A stretch of 64,000 nucleotides of DNA, the filler included, from Stramenopiles sp. TOSAG23-3 (Eukaryota), in assembly GCA_900128585.1 (NCBI GenBank). It is 8 parts of 8 records of this genome, joined end to end, with 100 filler letters (N's around TTAATTAATTAA, not from the genome) between each part and the next. Parts side by side here need not be neighbours in the genome. Positions count along the whole stretch, not along the records: positions 42,425 to 56,392 come from LT642597.1; 7 more parts are not named here. One strand, 5' to 3'. Position numbers and translations under genes: made by a program. The notes under the pieces were generated by a model that was not told where the DNA came from, did not search any database, and saw only the letters and a program-made list of their open reading frames with translations. Within the stretch, counting starts at the first letter, position 1, and each line of letters starts with the position of its first letter. Positions 42,893-53,036 of this stretch are shown one piece after another.

Positions 42893-45800
42893 CTAACCAG
42901 GAAGCCCGTTCTGCACTGGCGCTAGCTCAACAGTCTTTTGCGTTTTAATTTGCTGCTGCTTCAGCGGGTTGCGTGCCCACCCGTCGATCGAGCCCATGGA
43001 CTTTGCGCGGGCTTCACGTATTGCCGTCTTTTTGCTGTTTGCAATTGCATTCTCGGCGATGTAGGGCAGGAGTGCGTCTAGTCCAAAGATTGTTGCCGGG
43101 CGAAATATTAAAGCAGATAGCACCAATTGTGCCACTAAAGAAAAGAACCATGCGTTGGTGACGGCTTGGCCCATGTACATGCCAAAAAGGATGACCCAAG
43201 CAGTACAAACGACGATGTAGAATCCCATCAGGGCATAGATTAGCCTTTCGTAATACTCAGGTTTGGGAGGCTCCAAATGATCCCTCTGGCTTTTCAGGAG
43301 CGAATCGAACACCCGCTGTTGAAACTTATTGTTCATCTCTGCAAGCCACAAATCTTCCGCTTCCTCTTTTGCCTCAATATCTGGGCACAAGGTTCGTTTG
43401 ATCTCTTTCAGCGCCTCCTTGTTATTTTGCAGCCTCTCTTCGTCGCCCAAACTACTATCTTTGGACGCTGCGACCCTCTGCTGCTCGTCTGCACAGACAC
43501 AGAAATTCTCATTGCGAACGATAAATTGCTGGCACTGCTTGGTAAAGTCATCCTCTTTCACCCCGGTGCGAACGTGTTTTCTTAAATTTCGAAGGACGCC
43601 TTTGATTGTTTGTAGTGCAAACCGGGACCCTGTCTCGGTCGAAGGCAAAGGCGCAATAACCTTGCGCAACGTGTCGGTCCACGCATCCCGGGCCGTCCTT
43701 GAGAAGGCATCCAAGAGAATTACTCTTTTTCCATCTCCGTACAAGTCAATGTTAAGAACATTATCGCCGATATTTGAAATCACCGTCCAAGCATTTAACG
43801 GTATCATCCAATCGGGCTCTTCGCCGCTGAGCTTTGCCGTCAAATTCAGACAAATTCTCGCGACCGACGGAGTCCCGTTAATCTCAACACGCAAAGGTTC
43901 GTTTAGCGGCCATGGCTTCTGCTTTTGTTCGTCGTACTGGCACTGGCCTTCGCTGGACGTTCGTATCTCTAACTTTCCAGACTTGTGTCGTTTGAACGTT
44001 TTCAAATCCAGTGTGCCGACTTTTTCAAATGTCTTCTTTCGCCGGTTCGATTCAGCAATGGACATCAACACGCTTAAAAATACGGCTGCGATTGGTACAG
44101 ACAGTCCCGCGCACAATAAAGCAATGATCAGGCGTTCGGTCAAGGGCAGGTCGCCAGAGGCCTGCGTCTCGGCCCGAACCATGCTTTGGGACGAATTGTA
44201 CGCGTTCCCTCCGCGGGTTAGTGCAATCGAGTCTTGCCGCTGATCCGGATGTCGAAGGTCGTAAATAAATGCCTCCGTTGCCATTTGTCCTAGAACTGTT
44301 GCCATCAGTAGAAGCACACGCATGGTAGGCGTGAAAAACCTCTCCTTGTGGGACACGAAGCACGGGGATATCCATTCGTGCTCTAACTTCATTTTCGTCC
44401 ACCACCGATTTTTCATTGAGGCGGAGTGCTGCGAGAAAGACTCCAGCTGTCCCTCCACCGATGATTTGTAAATGTATGATCGTCGTCTAGCAGAGGTTCG
44501 CAGTACATCCAACGACTCGGCGTCTTCTATGTCGTTGTCTCCTGATGATTTTCGAACCTTGGATCGCAACGATTTCATGCCTTCGTCTGCAGCGAAGGGC
44601 AGCAGCAGCCTTCGGATCAGTTCCGTTTCGTTGCCGTAGACATGTGCTTTCTTGGCAAGCCGAAGGAAGCGCCCCTCCTTTGCGCGCATGTGGCGGGTTT
44701 CCATAAGGCATGAAATGGACCCTAAGCCCAAGAAAATGCCCATTATGACAACAGTCAAAATATTCTCGACCACTTTCGTGCGGAACTGCGCGACGGAGTC
44801 GTACTTTACCTTGCGCTCCGCGTTGGACACTAAACGGACACTGTAGTCTGTCAAATGGTTGCAGAAGCACACGAAGCTGGCGTTTGGGCTGCTGCGGTTT
44901 TGAACGCGATGGGATGAGCACCCGCGAGTGGACCATTGCTCCTCCGTTTCGTTCCAGAAACTGCACGTGTACACCTGGCTGGAAGAAACGTTTTCTTCCC
45001 TTGGAGGTGGGAGAGTGATCACGATCGCCGGGGATATCCCTTCCAGATGCATAACTTGTTCCCCTGCACGGAGCTTCAAACCAACAACATCGGAGAGAAC
45101 ATTATCATCGCTAGCAAATGCGTAGGGGTTCCGTTTCCACCTCGTTAATTGCGTGTCAATAATGTCGTGCGCCGCTAGTCTTTCGTCGCCACTCGGTGGA
45201 AGGGTAAAACTAGCCCCGTTTGATTCAAGCGGGCGCGCCAAAAGCGTGGTCTGGTTTTCGCGCTTCGAGGACATGTCAATCACGGGAGTGGTGATGACTT
45301 TTGGAGGATCGCCTGGTTTTGCCCCAATGAGCTGCATTGTCGATATTGTATCAACGATACTGCTCATCTTCTTCGCCAATTCACTTTTTCTACGGCGCTC
45401 TTTGACCTTTTCCTCCGCAGCCGCTGTCGCGTTTACGCTTGCATTCTTAATCGCCGTGTCGCTTTTCCCGGGAGCTTCCACCGGCTTTATGCTCTCAAAG
45501 ACGTTGGAAACGGCACGCACGGTTGTCTCGGCTGCCGTGTTTGAAAGGGCAACATGTTTTGTCTCTTGGGAAGAGGTTGCGTTGCTACCCCCCGTCGCGT
45601 TCCCGGTCTGCACACGGACAGACCCCAACAAATCCAAAACGAAATCGATTGCAATTGTTTGGGCCTCGGCCGAAACTTGTTCCGGTATTTCAGTAATTGC
45701 AGCCAGACCAGACACCAGCACTTCTACTTCCGCTACCGAGCGTGTCGTATTGGCAGGCTTGGCTGAAGCCGATTTTGTCATAACTTTTAACAGCGTGACA

Positions 45801-48800
45801 CGCATTTCCTGTGCCTCCTTTATCTCTTCTTCCTTCATGGCCTCTGTACTGTTTGATGAGGAAGGGGACAGCTGATTCAGGGATTCAGCAGCAACTCGAG
45901 CTTGCTTTGCAGCTTCATCTTCGGTGGCGTTGGCGACACTTTCTTCTAAATCCAAAATATTGTCCACTACCGCGCTGGAGCTTTCGAAAAGGCAAGCCCA
46001 AGAATTGTTGGTGTCAGTGTTCCGCCCAGTCTGGCACGCCCCGCACAGTCGCTGGTCAGTTATGCTTGCAGGACGAGTAACGTAAAACCCTGGCGTGCAA
46101 TCCGTCTGTGATTTGCACGCAGACGCGCCCTTTGCATCTTGGTACATGCCTTCATGGCACAACTGGCAAGAGTATGTGTTGGTGGCATCGCTGAATTTTC
46201 CTTGCGGGCATGCCTTGCAGACCCGGTCGGAAGTGCCGTCGGTACCATTCGCATGTATGTACTTGCCTGGGATACAAACCGACCAGGAGGCGCACCTAAC
46301 ATCGTTTCCCGGGCTCCCTATTGCCGCGATGTATTCCCCTTTGCCGCAAGTTTTCCAATCTTGGCATTTACTTAGATCCTCTATATTCGGAGATGCTGTA
46401 AACTTTCCAGCAGGACAAAAATCACACACTACATCTGTAGTGCTTGTGGGCGTATTGATGACAGTTCCACCCTCGCACACCGTCCATTCAGTACATTGTT
46501 GTTCATTTGTATTTGGTGAAAATCTTCCTGTGCCGCAATTCCGACAGTCACGGTCTAATTTTTTTGTTCCGTCGGCCTGCATGTACTTTCCCGGTGGACA
46601 TAGACTCCACTCGGTGCATTGCAAAGATCGTTCTGACGCAGAAAACTGTCCAGTAGCGCAACTGGGGCACGTTTTCAGCGCGGTTTCGTGCCCAAATGTT
46701 CCCGGTAAGCAACTCTTGCAAATTGACAACATTATGCTGTCCCCGTACCTCCCTTTCTCGCAGTCTTTGCAGAGCGCTTGCCCAATCAGGTTTTGATACT
46801 TCCCTTTATTGCATACTTTGCACGTTTGCTTCAGAGCGGTTTCGTTCCCAAATGTTCCCGGTAAGCAACTCTTGCAAATTGACAACATTGTGCTGTCCCC
46901 GTACCTCCCTTTCTCGCAGTCTTTGCAGAACGCTTGCCCAATCAGGTTTTGATACTTCCCTTTATTGCATGCTTTGCACGTTTGATTCAGAGCGGGCAGG
47001 AATTTCCCCTTTGGGCAGGCAACGCAATCAATATTCGCCGTGTCGGTAATGGATACATTTGTCGGGCCTATATGCCCCGCAGCACACGAACAGTACACAC
47101 CATTTTTGTTATAGTCTGTGCATGTCCCAACGAACGGGTAAACAGAGCAGGGTGCGGGGCTCGAACTGCACGTCTTCGGCGAGATAAAATCACTGTCACT
47201 TCCCGACTTTGCTTTGTAATCGGCCCCATAAAAGTTGTCGCTGGATCCTGTAAATTTTGTGTTGACGGTCGTAAACGTAGTGTTTCCCTTTCCCTTGCCT
47301 GCATCGTAATCCCATATCTGCATGATATGGTGGCCTCTATCGCTTGCTGCCCAGTTGTTTCTGAATGTTGATTCTCGAATGGTGACCTCTGTTGCATCAG
47401 TAGCAGCGGATCCAAACCATACCAGCTGGATAGCCCCACCACCGTAGGCAAACCAACCGTCTTTTTGTTTTAGCGCACGGTTGTCCTCAAATGTGACACG
47501 GTTGAAGTCCATGATGATTTTGTCCTTTATGGAATAAATGGCTCCGCCATAATCGGCAGAGTTGGATCCAATAAAAGTGTCTTGTACATGCACCTCCATC
47601 ACCCCTCCAGTATCGCCATTTATGTCTATGGCACCGCCCCGAGCGGCATGGTTTCCAACTATTCTCGAATTGCGCATGGTAAAGTTACACATTAAGGCTT
47701 TTCCATAGGAGTTTATTGCAATGCCCCCACCCAAAACATAATAACTATTAGCAGGATGAGAAAGATTATGATGAACTGCGGAGTTTTTCTCAATTAGGGA
47801 ACCATCGAACAGCATACTCTTGCAGAAATTACAAAACACTGCCCCCCCTTGAATATACTGATATGTATGGAAAAACGTTTCCTCAGCGTTCACCTGATTT
47901 GAAGTAAATCGCCCACCAATTACTGTCAACGTCGTTTCAGCACCATTAAGTGTTATCACACCGCCACTGCCAACTGTAGAACTGGACCCGACGGCATAAT
48001 TTTCTGTCGCATTTGTATCCCACATTTTGACAGCCCCCCCGCCCGAGGCGTGTGCCACACCACCAATATCCGCTTTGTTCAAAGTAAACCAGCAAGAGAA
48101 TGTGATCAACGTCCCCCTATGCACTCTGATCCCTCCTGTATGAGTTTGGTTAAGACCTGTCAGTTTGAGCCAACGGAGAGTCAAAGTGTAGTTTGAAACC
48201 ACAAAGTGGCGTTTTTCATAGGCTGCTGTGATGGTTGGCAAATCAGAAGCGTTCCCAGCAAGCGACAAGTCCCCGCTCAAAGAGACTTTGTCATTTAGCA
48301 AGCAGTCAAAGGAACGGTTAAATGTACCATTCGTTTGCGGATCGCAGCAGTGCCACTCTATTGAATTTTTAATTTCATTCCGGCATTCGTAAAGAAAAAC
48401 CATGCCATAATAGTTTCCGTATATACCCACGACATTCCCGTCAGTCCCTGTCATACCAGGGTAGGTGTTCGGAGCGCCCCAGTAAACAACGTCCGTGCCA
48501 TCAGTTTTGATGGCAGTGAACGAATTCCTGCGGGGAATCACTGCCTTCACCTTACTTGAAAGACCTCCAGTGCCAGACCCTCCAGAATAAGGAAGGCCCC
48601 AAGATACGACACTGCCATTTGCCAGTAGTGCAGAAAATGCATTTTCGTTCGCATATAGGTCCACAACATTGCTGGTCAAACCCGGATCTTTGCCCCCATA
48701 ATATGGGCTGCCCCAGACTGTCACGCTTCCATCAGCTTTCAAGGCTGCAAATGCCCTCCTTGATGAGGTTATATATAAAACACCTGACGACAGATTTGGG

Positions 48801-49822
48801 TCAGGAACTTTGAAGAAAGTGTAGTTGGCCCAGTAAGCATAACTCCCGAAGCATTGTACCCCCCCATTTAAATCCAATGCAGCCCAACCACGCTCACCTG
48901 TGCCGACAATGGCTTTGACACTGCCAGTCAAACTCGGTGGGTTGGTCTGCTCAGGATGTTGCTTCAACACAGTTCCATCAGTCGTTAGAAAAACAAACGA
49001 ATACCAATCGGAAAAAACTGTTTCGATTTTAGAACCCGCGCCAATACTAGGGTCGGCACCACCATAAGTGGCATGACCCCAAGTAACAACACTACCATCA
49101 TTTTTTAAGGCAGCGAATGCATGGCTGGTTGCGAATATTGTCTGCACACTAGTCAGATCGGATTGTACACTGGAGGCATCTCCGCCACAACACGCATAAC
49201 CCCATGCCGCAACAGTACCATCTGTTTTCAGCGCTGCAAAAGCGTAATCATCAGCAAATATAGCATCCACACCGCTTGTTAAAGCAGGGTCCGAAATTGG
49301 ATTTCCCCCATGATTTTCCGAGCCCCAACTGACAACACCACCGTTTGTCTTTAAGGCTGCAAATGCATGGTTAGTTGCAAATAGAGTCTTGACGTTGCTA
49401 GATAGTTTGGGATCAGTTCCACCATATGCAGCGTTCCCCGATACTTGAACGCTCCCGTCCAAGGATAGAGCTGCAATAGCGTAATTTGTGCCTACCACAG
49501 TAATAATTTTTCCTTTAAACTTTGGCTTAGCAATACCAGAACTTATCCATGATATTGGCGATAACTCTTGCTTCTTTTCACACGTGCGCCCGATTGCTGG
49601 TGTGCGATGAATATAGGGATCGTGTTGAATTCTCTCAAAATACCCGCTTGGGCAGGATTTTACACATGTTCTGTTGTACAGGTACATATTGTGTCTACAC
49701 TCTCTGCATCCCCCACTGCCGTCCCCCCACTGACAGTGCGAAACAGATTGCCCCGTTTCGAGACCTCCCAGCACCACAAGGAGGATCAGATAGAACGTGG
49801 CAGAACTTGTTCTTAAAATCAT
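42893..49822 (-). CDS. Polycystin-1/adhesion-receptor-like protein: RCC1/BLIP-II repeats, GGAI beta-helix, Cys-rich repeats, GPS, multi-TM
   Basis: Signal peptide. AFAALKxDGSVxxWG repeats, GGAI/FxxN repeats, CxxCxxGxY repeats, GPS CSFWNETEEQWSTRGC...CNHLTDYSV, PKD1-like EHEWIS..FT..RV helices. Confidence 0.85.
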   Translation of the reverse strand: MILRTSSATFYLILLVVLGGLETGQSVSHCQWGDGSGGCRECRHNMYLYNRTCVKSCPSGYFERIQHDPYIHRTPAIGRTCEKKQELSPISWISSGIAKPKFKGKIITVVGTNYAIAALSLDGSVQVSGNAAYGGTDPKLSSNVKTLFATNHAFAALKTNGGVVSWGSENHGGNPISDPALTSGVDAIFADDYAFAALKTDGTVAAWGYACCGGDASSVQSDLTSVQTIFATSHAFAALKNDGSVVTWGHATYGGADPSIGAGSKIETVFSDWYSFVFLTTDGTVLKQHPEQTNPPSLTGSVKAIVGTGERGWAALDLNGGVQCFGSYAYWANYTFFKVPDPNLSSGVLYITSSRRAFAALKADGSVTVWGSPYYGGKDPGLTSNVVDLYANENAFSALLANGSVVSWGLPYSGGSGTGGLSSKVKAVIPRRNSFTAIKTDGTDVVYWGAPNTYPGMTGTDGNVVGIYGNYYGMVFLYECRNEIKNSIEWHCCDPQTNGTFNRSFDCLLNDKVSLSGDLSLAGNASDLPTITAAYEKRHFVVSNYTLTLRWLKLTGLNQTHTGGIRVHRGTLITFSCWFTLNKADIGGVAHASGGGAVKMWDTNATENYAVGSSSTVGSGGVITLNGAETTLTVIGGRFTSNQVNAEETFFHTYQYIQGGAVFCNFCKSMLFDGSLIEKNSAVHHNLSHPANSYYVLGGGIAINSYGKALMCNFTMRNSRIVGNHAARGGAIDINGDTGGVMEVHVQDTFIGSNSADYGGAIYSIKDKIIMDFNRVTFEDNRALKQKDGWFAYGGGAIQLVWFGSAATDATEVTIRESTFRNNWAASDRGHHIMQIWDYDAGKGKGNTTFTTVNTKFTGSSDNFYGADYKAKSGSDSDFISPKTCSSSPAPCSVYPFVGTCTDYNKNGVYCSCAAGHIGPTNVSITDTANIDCVACPKGKFLPALNQTCKACNKGKYQNLIGQAFCKDCEKGRYGDSTMLSICKSCLPGTFGNETALKQTCKVCNKGKYQNLIGQALCKDCEKGRYGDSIMLSICKSCLPGTFGHETALKTCPSCATGQFSASERSLQCTEWSLCPPGKYMQADGTKKLDRDCRNCGTGRFSPNTNEQQCTEWTVCEGGTVINTPTSTTDVVCDFCPAGKFTASPNIEDLSKCQDWKTCGKGEYIAAIGSPGNDVRCASWSVCIPGKYIHANGTDGTSDRVCKACPQGKFSDATNTYSCQLCHEGMYQDAKGASACKSQTDCTPGFYVTRPASITDQRLCGACQTGRNTDTNNSWACLFESSSAVVDNILDLEESVANATEDEAAKQARVAAESLNQLSPSSSNSTEAMKEEEIKEAQEMRVTLLKVMTKSASAKPANTTRSVAEVEVLVSGLAAITEIPEQVSAEAQTIAIDFVLDLLGSVRVQTGNATGGSNATSSQETKHVALSNTAAETTVRAVSNVFESIKPVEAPGKSDTAIKNASVNATAAAEEKVKERRRKSELAKKMSSIVDTISTMQLIGAKPGDPPKVITTPVIDMSSKRENQTTLLARPLESNGASFTLPPSGDERLAAHDIIDTQLTRWKRNPYAFASDDNVLSDVVGLKLRAGEQVMHLEGISPAIVITLPPPREENVSSSQVYTCSFWNETEEQWSTRGCSSHRVQNRSSPNASFVCFCNHLTDYSVRLVSNAERKVKYDSVAQFRTKVVENILTVVIMGIFLGLGSISCLMETRHMRAKEGRFLRLAKKAHVYGNETELIRRLLLPFAADEGMKSLRSKVRKSSGDNDIEDAESLDVLRTSARRRSYIYKSSVEGQLESFSQHSASMKNRWWTKMKLEHEWISPCFVSHKERFFTPTMRVLLLMATVLGQMATEAFIYDLRHPDQRQDSIALTRGGNAYNSSQSMVRAETQASGDLPLTERLIIALLCAGLSVPIAAVFLSVLMSIAESNRRKKTFEKVGTLDLKTFKRHKSGKLEIRTSSEGQCQYDEQKQKPWPLNEPLRVEINGTPSVARICLNLTAKLSGEEPDWMIPLNAWTVISNIGDNVLNIDLYGDGKRVILLDAFSRTARDAWTDTLRKVIAPLPSTETGSRFALQTIKGVLRNLRKHVRTGVKEDDFTKQCQQFIVRNENFCVCADEQQRVAASKDSSLGDEERLQNNKEALKEIKRTLCPDIEAKEEAEDLWLAEMNNKFQQRVFDSLLKSQRDHLEPPKPEYYERLIYALMGFYIVVCTAWVILFGMYMGQAVTNAWFFSLVAQLVLSALIFRPATIFGLDALLPYIAENAIANSKKTAIREARAKSMGSIDGWARNPLKQQQIKTQKTVELAPVQNGLPG
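46680..46990. repeat. Recent 156-bp intragenic tandem duplication (52 aa)
   Basis: CCCAAATGTTCCCGGTAAGC at 46691 and 46847. Two near-identical CNKGKYQNLIGQA...ETALK units. Confidence 0.9.
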
Positions 49823-50324
49823 TGTTTGTTCGATGCAATGCGTTGCTGGGTGTAAAAACCGTCAGAGCTGACAGAAGAACAGTGGATCTCGTTTGGTAAA
49901 ACGTTTGACACGCAGAGACAGTTATTTCTCTAACCGCAGCCACGCTCTCACACACACTTTTACTCTTTTGTTCTCATCAAAATGAAACAGCAGTGAGTTC
50001 CGACTTACCTGACAGTTGTTTTCCGTATATTCTTCTGTCTTCTTATAATAATATTATACCTTGGTACCGTTAACACAGCATCTGCTGCTTCGATCTTTTC
50101 CTGGTCACAAGTAGTCGTCAAAATACCGCAATTACTACGGAAAGAATCAATGCTGTGGTGTTGTTAGTCCGTCTATTATAATCTTCGATTCTGGTGGATT
50201 GACAATCATAAACGACGAAAAACTTAAAAAATCAAATTAAAACATCAAGATACTGTAGGATTACGGTTGGAACTGAAATAGTAATTGATTTAAAATGAGA
50301 GTCTTAAAACATACTTCTTCCCCT

Positions 50325-50500
50325 TTTTCTTTTTCTTCTTTTTCTTCTTCTTCTTCTTCTTCTTCTTCTTCTTTGAAACCTTTTTCTTCTTCTTCTTCTT
50401 CTTCTTCTTCTTCTTCTTCTTCTTCTTCTTCTTCTTCTTCTTCTTCTTCTTCTTCTTCTTCTTCTTCTTCGTTTTTTCCCTTTCTTCTTCTTCTTCTTCG
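50325..50500. repeat. (TTC)n tract
   Basis: Seen directly in the sequence. Confidence 0.92.
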
Positions 50501-50777
50501 TTTTTTTTAATAAAAAAAATAATTAATACAGTAATAATAATAATTCTAATAAAAAAAAATAATAATAACAACTATTATTGGATTAAATCAATACCATAGG
50601 AATATAAGTCGTTTCATATATACAACCTTACCCACGCACAATCATGTTCAAAGGTGCAAAACATAGAGTGGGCCCGGTCGTTTTTCAAACGCCCATCCCT
50701 TAGTAGCGGTATACTAGTAGAAAGCTGTGCTCCTACACAAAGTTGTCCTGTTTTCTTCCCATCGACTTCACGAGGAA

Positions 50778-51311
50778 ATGGCGTACCAGGACGAGGCCTG
50801 GTGTAGCGACGAAGTAAAGAGAAACTTGTTGCCGTTCGTCCCGCCCCCATGCAGAAAACTGTCCTGTCATTCTGTAAAGGTTGTCTTCAACGCCCTGAAA
50901 GATGTTGCAGTTTTTGCGTTTGATCAGGTCTTTGTTCAGAAAATTCGGTACACACTGTTCGCTGCGTTGTACGGTTTGGTCTGGTGTTTATTTATTTATC
51001 TCGAGATAGGCGCCCTGTTTTTCGCGGCCACCGTAATGTACATTATGTACAACAATTTTGAAAAGCGCCGTGACGGCGAGCTGAGCGCATACTCGGTGTT
51101 CAACCCAAACCAGTACCGCCTGCTTGGTGAGTCGGAAATCGTGAACGAAATCCTTCACCGACCCGCTGGGACCGGCCTGGATGGGGCGGCCAGGGAGAAC
51201 AACCTGGAAGGGGAGGCTGCCGTGGACGAAGCCCCGCCGGCGAACGAGGAGCGGCGAGATCGGCGGAGGGGGAAGAAGAAAAAAGGTCGCCGTCGCCGCG
51301 GCGGCGTGTAA
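50778..51311 (+). CDS. SAYSD1: SAYSvFN domain protein (SAYSD1)
   Basis: TM hairpin followed by RRDGELSAYSVFNPN. First ATG at 50778. Confidence 0.92.
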   Translation: MAYQDEAWCSDEVKRNLLPFVPPPCRKLSCHSVKVVFNALKDVAVFAFDQVFVQKIRYTLFAALYGLVWCLFIYLEIGALFFAATVMYIMYNNFEKRRDGELSAYSVFNPNQYRLLGESEIVNEILHRPAGTGLDGAARENNLEGEAAVDEAPPANEERRDRRRGKKKKGRRRRGGV

Positions 51312-51460
51312 ATAGAAGGGAAACGTTGGGGCGCTCGCGGTACTACACGTACATACATGATATATTTAAAAAAAATTATTGCGCATTTCGCAACTGTACA
51401 GTTTCGTAAGCCTTTAAGAATTATTTTCGTTCACAAACTCTGACCTCTCTCTGGCTCGCG

Positions 51461-52165
51461 TCATTTACCCCCTTGGTCCCTTTCCACCAACGCGGCATCG
51501 ACCAAATCGAACAGCACGGGCGTATCGCGCAAGCCTTTCTTCACAACGAACGACTTTAGCAGCCCACGCTGGCCGTAAAATTCGACCAACGGCATGGTTT
51601 CTTCCTTGTAAATTTCCATCCTCGACCGTATGACGTCTTCGGTGTCGTCGTCCCGTTTTGTCAAGTAGGCCTCGCAGGCCTCCGGGGCCGGCATTGCCGG
51701 CATGTCGTACTCGCCCCCGTTCTCGTAGACCGACGCGACGTTGTACGACGTCTTGCAACGAGAGCATACCCTTCGTCCCAGCAGCTTTTTAACGATAAAC
51801 TCTTCCTTCAAGGATATATCTATTACAGCAGAAATGTCCATGATCGAACCAGCCTCAGCGAGAAGTTCGGCCTGCCGAATCGTTCGGGGAAACCCGTCCA
51901 GGATGAACCCGTCCAACCTCTCGCTCTCCAGCTTGGAGAGCAACATGTTCGTCACCAGCTCGTCCGGGGCGAGCAGTCCACCCTTTATGTACCCCTCAAA
52001 CTCCATCCCTAGCGAAGACTTGCGCTCCACGTGCTCTCGGATCATGTCCCCGGTTGAGATGGCCGAGACGCCCAAGAACTTGGACAGTTCCCGGGCGTAT
52101 GTGCCCTTTCCCGAGCCAGGGGCGCCTAGAAATATGACGCGCGCTCGGTGCCGCAGCGCTTGCAT
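51461..52165 (-). CDS. ADK: Adenylate kinase
   Basis: GAPGSGKGT, ISTGDMIR, FILDGFPRT, GRRVCxxC and KRDDDTE motifs. Confidence 0.96.
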   Translation of the reverse strand: MQALRHRARVIFLGAPGSGKGTYARELSKFLGVSAISTGDMIREHVERKSSLGMEFEGYIKGGLLAPDELVTNMLLSKLESERLDGFILDGFPRTIRQAELLAEAGSIMDISAVIDISLKEEFIVKKLLGRRVCSRCKTSYNVASVYENGGEYDMPAMPAPEACEAYLTKRDDDTEDVIRSRMEIYKEETMPLVEFYGQRGLLKSFVVKKGLRDTPVLFDLVDAALVERDQGGK

Positions 52166-52183
52166 GGTCGTCAGGCAGGGCGG

Positions 52184-52396
52184 CTATTTTCTTGGCTTAC
52201 GCAACGCTCGATTGAAACACTTCTTTAAATTCCTAAACTCTTGCTCACAAGCATGCTTTTTAATGTCCGTCGTAATCTCAGCCAAACACGTGCCGTAACT
52301 CGCTACCTCTACCGGGCAAGACGTTGAAACCTCCCTAAACAGCGCAGAAAAACGAATTGCTTGCTTTGTTGCTGTGGTGGACGGACCGTTCGGCAT
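52184..52396 (-). CDS. NDUFAF8: NDUFAF8-like twin CX9C mitochondrial complex I assembly factor
   Basis: 70 aa from ATG 52396: CPVEVASYGTC...KHACEQEFRNLKKCF. Confidence 0.8.
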   Translation of the reverse strand: MPNGPSTTATKQAIRFSALFREVSTSCPVEVASYGTCLAEITTDIKKHACEQEFRNLKKCFNRALRKPRK

Positions 52397-53036
52397 AACA
52401 CAGAGGGGAAAAAAAGAAATGTACGGCGAAAGAACGAACGCGAAGAGCAAGGGAGGGAACAATGGTTTTGTTTCTCTCTGTCACCACTTTCTTTCTCTTT
52501 CTTTCTCTTTCTTTCTCTACCTTCTTGTTGGCTAGACTGTTTTGGTAAAGACGCTAATCATATCGTTTCAACCAAAGTTGATATTTTTTGGAACATAATG
52601 GAAAAAGAGAATCAACAAAAAATAGATCATCATAGAACAATAAAAATGACGACGACTGAGTGACGGCTGACGGTGACGGCTGACGGACCCTCATCTTCTT
52701 CTTTCTTTCTCTTCCTTCTTCTTCTTCTTCTTCTTCTTCGTTCCTTTCTTTAATTAAAAAAAATAAAAATCGCAATTTTTTTCTAAATAAAATGTTTTAG
52801 GACAAACAATAAACAACAGTAAAAATGAATACAAATAAAATAGTTATAATAATATATAAATGAAATAGCTATACTAATACAGTATATCTATTTTATCCTT
52901 AATTAGACTATTGTGAATCGCATCATCACCACTTTCTCTTTTTCTCTACCGAAACTAGTCTATAATATATTTATACTACTACATAATAATAAATACTACT
53001 TATTTATTTTTAATACACGCCTGTTTTTCTTCTTTT

